A stretch of DNA of 16,206 bases. Source: Thermofilaceae archaeon. Lineage in GTDB: Archaea > Thermoproteota > Thermoprotei > Thermofilales > Thermofilaceae. The translations under genes were made by a program, and so were the position numbers. The stretch spans positions 1-16,206 of the forward strand of contig JAVYWK010000035.1 in assembly GCA_038727095.1 (NCBI GenBank), given 5' to 3'. Below the pieces are notes generated by a model. It ran no database searches and was not told the DNA's origin. It saw only the letters and a program-made list of their open reading frames with translations. Positions 15,755 through 16,206 of the stretch are shown here, piece by piece. Each line of letters begins with the position of its first letter. Position 1 is the stretch's first letter.

Positions 15755-16206
15755 GTGGAAGAGGTCAGAAGACAGAAGGAGGAGATCAGGAGGAGGGTTT
15801 GGAGGCTGCTGAGGGAGAGGGGGGTTGCTAGGCCGCCCTTCCCCATTGAGGGGAGGATCCCGAACTTCGCGGGTGCCGAGGCGGCGGCCGCGCTGCTGGT
15901 ACGCTCACGGGCCTTCCTGAAGGCCGAAGCGGTCTTCTGCAACCCCGATTCGCCGCAGAGGCCCGTCAGAGAGGCGGCACTGCACTACGGGAAGATGGTC
16001 GTGATGGCGTCGCCGAGGCTGAGGAGCGGGTTCCTCGTGCTGGACCCCTCCAAGATCCCCCGGAGCGCCTACCGGGAGGCCTCCACAATCGCCGGGGCCT
16101 TCAAGTACGGCAGCCAGACTCTCGACAAGCTGCCGCAGATCGATCTGAAGGTCGCCGGCAGCGTAGCAGTCAGCGCAGAGGGGGGGAGGGTGGGGAAGGG
16201 GGGCGG
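15755..16206 (+). CDS. 5-formyltetrahydrofolate cyclo-ligase-like protein (COG0212/MTHFSD-type), 3' truncated
   Basis: Manual translation from GTG 15755: KEEIRRRVW...GRIPNFAGAE...NPDSPQ...SPRLRSG...GSVAV...GRVGKGG. TATA TTATAT at 15727-15732. Absent from the ORF track. Confidence 0.88.
   Translation, partial: MEEVRRQKEEIRRRVWRLLRERGVARPPFPIEGRIPNFAGAEAAAALLVRSRAFLKAEAVFCNPDSPQRPVREAALHYGKMVVMASPRLRSGFLVLDPSKIPRSAYREASTIAGAFKYGSQTLDKLPQIDLKVAGSVAVSAEGGRVGKGG

Noticed and set aside
1-16206. CRISPR arrays, transposases, integrases, defence genes
   Set aside because: I saw no regularly spaced repeats or matching motifs.

Overview
GC-rich archaeal DNA with frequent GTG starts, AGG-rich Arg codons and TATA-like boxes about 23-30 nt upstream of start codons. 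This fits a hyperthermophilic Thermoproteota, probably Thermofilaceae-like (inference). Left arm: a partial gene, an unannotated box C/D sRNA candidate, a tandem GNAT whose likely ATG is followed by an in-frame TGA, a membrane-anchored Ig-like protein, an ABC-2 transporter and a divergent surface-anchored GH2 glycosidase. Right part (6.8-15.7 kb): a ThrC-like PLP enzyme coupled to a DUF1611/DgcN-like protein, an HTH fused to a degenerate PRTase, sucCD, a 2-oxoacid:ferredoxin oxidoreductase (korAB) and a glutamate dehydrogenase with an unusual pocket substitution. Together these look like a self-contained amino-acid to 2-oxoacid to acyl-CoA to ATP catabolic locus with an uncharacterised entry module. 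The window ends inside a 5-FCL-like (COG0212) gene. I saw no CRISPR array, mobile element, tRNA or rRNA.
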